From assembly GCA_000993275.1 (NCBI GenBank), contig LBVV01000006.1:24-64023 (forward strand): DNA of 64,000 bases, in the 5' to 3' direction. The stretch comes from a candidate division CPR2 bacterium GW2011_GWC2_39_10. GTDB lineage: Bacteria; Patescibacteriota; CPR2. Shown here one piece after another: positions 60,357 through 64,000 of the stretch. Each line of letters starts with the position of its first letter. Position 1 is the first letter of the stretch. The notes under the pieces are model-generated. The model was given only the letters and a program-made list of their open reading frames with translations, was not told the DNA's origin and did no database searches. The position numbers were made by a program, and so were the translations under genes.

Positions 60357-61403
60357 TTATTTTAAAACCAGTGATTTTTCGTAAACCTCTGCGTAAGACT
60401 TAACCATTCGCTCTTTACTAAATAAGCTAGCCCTTTTTCGACAGTTTTCCCGATCAATTTTGTCAATTTTGCCGACATGTTTCGACATTTCATCGACGTT
60501 CCTCGAAATGTAGCCGCAATAACCGTCTTTAACAATTTCCGGCACCGACCCCTCTCTAAAAGCAAGTACGGGAGTTCCGCAGGACAAGGACTCAACCATT
60601 GTAAGGCCAAAAGGCTCCGGCCATTTTATAGGGAAAAGGTAGGCGTAAGCATCTTGGAAAAGCCTCACTTTGTCCTCATGCATCACTTCTCCAACATATT
60701 GGACATCTTTGCCGCTAAGTAACGGCTTTATAGTTTTCTTGTAATAATTTTCATCTGCCGGATCAACTTTGGAAGCCATAATCAATTTTTTTCCTAATTT
60801 TTTTGCCACCTGTATGGCCTCAACCGGCCCCTTGCTGTCATTTATGCGGCTAAAATATAATAAGTAGTCACCTTTTGGATTGGCATTATACGGATAAAGG
60901 TCTAAATCAATTCCGTTATAAACCGTACCTACCCAATTTATGCCCGGCAAAGATAGCTTCTGATTTTCTGAAATAGAAATATAGCCCGAAGTTCCATTAA
61001 ATAAAGGATAATACTCTTTCATGGATACAAAATCCAAACGGCCATGAAACGTTGTAAGAAACGGGATTTTTAGATGACGGCTCATGTGCAAACCATAATA
61101 ATCGGTATGCGAATGAACGACATCAAAATTACCGTTCAATATGTAATTTAAGCTTTTTTCGGCGGCTAAAGTTTGATAGATATAAAAATCCATCGGCCAT
61201 TTTATTTCTTTAGCCGTTCGCACTGACTTTTTTGTTACCGAAACTAACTTGGCATTAACCTTTGAATCTCCGGAAGCAAATAAGGTCACATCGTGACCTA
61301 AAGCCTTTAAGCCTTCAACCAAATTATAAACCACCAGCTCTGTTCCGCCGTACATCTTCGGCGGCACGGATTCTACTACGGGAGCCAAAATAGCAATTTT
61401 CAT
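60357..61403 (-). CDS. GT4 family glycosyltransferase
   Basis: VPPKMYGGTE, WPEPFGLTMVESLSCGTPV. Confidence 0.92.
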   Translation of the reverse strand: MKIAILAPVVESVPPKMYGGTELVVYNLVEGLKALGHDVTLFASGDSKVNAKLVSVTKKSVRTAKEIKWPMDFYIYQTLAAEKSLNYILNGNFDVVHSHTDYYGLHMSRHLKIPFLTTFHGRLDFVSMKEYYPLFNGTSGYISISENQKLSLPGINWVGTVYNGIDLDLYPYNANPKGDYLLYFSRINDSKGPVEAIQVAKKLGKKLIMASKVDPADENYYKKTIKPLLSGKDVQYVGEVMHEDKVRLFQDAYAYLFPIKWPEPFGLTMVESLSCGTPVLAFREGSVPEIVKDGYCGYISRNVDEMSKHVGKIDKIDRENCRKRASLFSKERMVKSYAEVYEKSLVLK

Positions 61404-61488
61404 AAAAAACCCAAACTTATAAAGAAATTTTACTCCTTTTAAGCGTAACCAACAATCGGCACCGCAAACAAACTACGGCGATTTTTCC

Positions 61489-61986
61489 TTACGAATTTTG
61501 GGATATCTTATCTATAAAGTTTGCGTTTTGCAAATGGCACATGGCAATTGCTAAAGCATCAGCCGCATCATCAGGACGCGGAATTTCTTTCATTTTAAGG
61601 AGTATTTTTACCATTTCCTGAATTTGTTTTTTTGATGCTTTGCCGTATCCGGAAATAGTTTGCTTCACCTGAAGCGGCGTATATTCGAAAGAAGGAATTT
61701 CGTTTTTAGCCAGCACTAAAAGAATAACGCCTCTTGCATGGCCGACAGATAAGGCCGTTTTGGCATTGTTGCAGAAGAAAAGTTGCTCCACGGAAGCAAC
61801 GTCCGGCTTGAAACTTTCAATTATTTCAATTAAATCTTCCTCGATAATTCTTAACCTAATTTTTAGGTCTAGATTAGCTTCTGTTCTGATGCAGCCATAT
61901 TCCAAAACAGTAAGAACGTTACCTTCTTTTTTTATAACACCGTATCCGGTTGTGGCTGTTCCGGGATCGATACCAAGGATTATCAT
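61489..61986 (-). CDS. ruvC: Holliday junction resolvase
   Basis: ILGIDPG, EQLFF, HARG, DDAADALAIA. Confidence 0.96.
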   Translation of the reverse strand: MIILGIDPGTATTGYGVIKKEGNVLTVLEYGCIRTEANLDLKIRLRIIEEDLIEIIESFKPDVASVEQLFFCNNAKTALSVGHARGVILLVLAKNEIPSFEYTPLQVKQTISGYGKASKKQIQEMVKILLKMKEIPRPDDAADALAIAMCHLQNANFIDKISQNS

Positions 61987-62007
61987 ATAGGCAATACCCC
62001 CACACAC

Positions 62008-62048
62008 GAAACAAGATTGCCGCACTCCCTTCGGTCGCTCGCAATGAC
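62008..62048. repeat. Half copy of the ...AGATTGCCGC...CGCAATGAC element
   Basis: Related to the right half of 57664-57751. Confidence 0.65.
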
Positions 62049-62113
62049 AAGTTTGGAAGTTTTGCGGACATTCCTGATATTTGGCATTTGATATTTGGCA
62101 TTTAACATTTTTG

Positions 62114-62857
62114 TTAATCCTTTAACAAGTCGTCTGGAATGTTGAAATTTGACACTACATCCATGACATCATCAATGTCTTCCAAGGCGTCTATCAATTT
62201 CAAAATTTGGAAAGCTGTTTTTTCGTCTGACACTTTAACTTCATTTTTGGGCACCAAAGAAACTTCGGAAGAAACTACATCGAGGCCGTAATCTTTAATT
62301 TTCTCTATAACTTCTTCAAAATCTCTGGGGCTAGTTATAACCAACGCCTGATTATCTAACTCTATAACGTCTTCCGCTCCCGTATCCATTAAAAACAATA
62401 AAGACTCTTCTTTGTCTCTTCCTTTAAAATCAACTAAAATCTGACCTTTTTCGTCAAACATCCAACCGACCGAACCAGTTTCCCCAAGCTTGCCATTATG
62501 CTTTGAAAAAGCTGCCCTAATCTCGGAAGCAGTTCTATTCCTGTTATCCGTTGCGGCATTTACCATAACGGCAATACCACCCGACCCATAACCTTCATAT
62601 CTTATTTCTTCAATTATGACAGACTTGTCGCCCCCCGCGCCTCTTTTAATCGCGCGATCAATATTTTCTTTAGGCATGTTGGATTCCTTAGCCTTTGAGA
62701 TAGCAAGACGAAGTTTGAAATTACTTTCAATATCACTGCCGCTTTCTCTGGCGGCAACGGTAATCATATTGGCAATTTTAGTCCAAACCTTGCCCTTTTT
62801 AGCATCGACAAGAGCTTTTTTGTGCTTTATGCTTGCCCACTTGGAATGACCCGACAT
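62114..62857 (-). CDS. yebC: YebC/PmpR family protein
   Basis: MSGHSKWASIKHKK, YEGYG, TDNRNRT; upstream of ruvC. Confidence 0.96.
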   Translation of the reverse strand: MSGHSKWASIKHKKALVDAKKGKVWTKIANMITVAARESGSDIESNFKLRLAISKAKESNMPKENIDRAIKRGAGGDKSVIIEEIRYEGYGSGGIAVMVNAATDNRNRTASEIRAAFSKHNGKLGETGSVGWMFDEKGQILVDFKGRDKEESLLFLMDTGAEDVIELDNQALVITSPRDFEEVIEKIKDYGLDVVSSEVSLVPKNEVKVSDEKTAFQILKLIDALEDIDDVMDVVSNFNIPDDLLKD

Positions 62858-63044
62858 GTTTTCCTCCCTACAAATCAAAAAATGAGGTATAATTACCCCT
62901 ATTTTATATCATAAATTCTTATTGAGTACAAAATAATTGTTACAGTGCTTAATTATATTTGACCTAAAATTTATGTCAATTAGAAAAATTTGAGCTTTCT
63001 GTGGAAAACCGAACAACCACGAGAACTTGTTCTTTCTTTTTTTT

Positions 63045-63133
63045 GTCATCCTAAATTTATTTCAGAATCCATACTCTCTGGATTCCGGATCGGGCCTGCC
63101 TCGCCTTGCTCATCAAGGCGGGTCCGGCATGAC
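63045..63133. repeat. Double-hairpin element with nested 28-bp insert (63094-63121)
   Basis: Empty form at 32564-32624. Confidence 0.8.
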
Positions 63134-63157
63134 ACTTAAAATGGAGTAACTCAGTAG

Positions 63158-63754
63158 CTAACCGTTTATCAAATTTAAGGCTTGTTCAAACATTCGATCC
63201 GGAGAATCGTAACCTTGGTTTTTGGAGACAACCGCAAAGTCAAGACCCAAATGATCGTTTCTGCCAAAATTAGTAATTTGCACCTCGTGCTTTATCATAT
63301 CCGAAATTCTGGTTGCCTGAGTAGCATCGGTATCGAGCATAATTATCACAAACTTATCATTTTCAAAGCGGCAAACAACGTCTCCGCTCCGTACACTTTT
63401 TTCAATAATATCAGCAATAAGGGACGAGGCGGATGCCGCCGCCATATCGCCAAAACTGTCCCAAAAAACGCTAAATAACTTCAGATGCAAAACAACTATT
63501 GTTAGGTCTTCGTTAAAACTCTGGGATTCTTGGAATTTTTTGTCCAAAAATTGACCCAAGAAAGCTTGACTGACAAATCCGGTAAGCTCGTCAATTACAA
63601 CATTATCGCCCGCTTCTTTTAAGTAGTTGCCAATTCGGGAAGACAGAAGTTTGACGGCCTCAATTCTTTCAGCAATAGAATGATCACTTGAAGCAATTTT
63701 TTCAATTTCCTCAATCCACTGCCGCTCTTTTTCCTTCAAATTAACATGAATCAT
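63158..63754 (-). CDS. Degenerate GGDEF-domain protein
   Basis: DELTG and VRSGDVVCR present, but FENDKF replaces YGGDEF. Confidence 0.75.
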   Translation of the reverse strand: MIHVNLKEKERQWIEEIEKIASSDHSIAERIEAVKLLSSRIGNYLKEAGDNVVIDELTGFVSQAFLGQFLDKKFQESQSFNEDLTIVVLHLKLFSVFWDSFGDMAAASASSLIADIIEKSVRSGDVVCRFENDKFVIIMLDTDATQATRISDMIKHEVQITNFGRNDHLGLDFAVVSKNQGYDSPDRMFEQALNLING

Positions 63755-63843
63755 TAAAAGTAATTATAGAACTTTTATAAAGATAATCAAGCTCTCGTTC
63801 TGTATCTACTCACTAGGCCCCTATTTTTATGTAAAATTTCTAT

Positions 63844-63940
63844 GTAACTACAGTGTCATTCCAGACTTGATCTGGAATCCAGGAAGAATGGATCCCGCAT
63901 CTAGGTGCGGGATGGGCATAATGCTTAAAAAGTGTTGCTA
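63844..63940. repeat. Double-hairpin element sharing core and a 29-bp arm with 45-186
   Basis: 63912-63940 is the exact reverse complement of 45-73. Confidence 0.85.
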
Positions 63941-64000
63941 CTTTAGGTCAAAATATGCCTTCCAATAAATAAATTGGAAGAGATGATCTTCTGTAAGTCC

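Overview
This AT-rich bacterial chromosome segment looks like a Patescibacteria/CPR genome (inferred from gene content; standard genetic code). 0.5-9.4 kb holds two 7TM-GAF-histidine kinases, each downstream of a different small-molecule enzyme set (AONS/CqsA-like PLP enzyme plus PlsC-like acyltransferase; ThiF-like adenylyltransferase plus methyltransferase). 9.5-19 kb is a low-GC, fragmented accessory island of nucleotide-related enzymes. 19-27 kb carries housekeeping and membrane genes and five tRNAs. 27-39 kb and 47-55 kb are two separate type IV pilus gene sets. Core genes (hup, ymdB, rny, tsaB/E, queA/H, ruvABC, yebC) fill the rest. The strongest unexplained signal is a RAYT-like HUH (Y1) transposase inside the pilin locus, bounded by perfect 39-bp inverted repeats. 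Six further copies of that repeat sit at cassette boundaries, gene truncations and short duplications of neighbouring genes, suggesting a REP/RAYT-driven gene capture or shuffling system. Also notable: a pilin ending in a DGR-like variable region with no RT or TR in the window, and several families of nested 28-114 bp micro-elements, two of them inserted in frame in proteins. All assignments come from motif recognition by eye; no searches were run.
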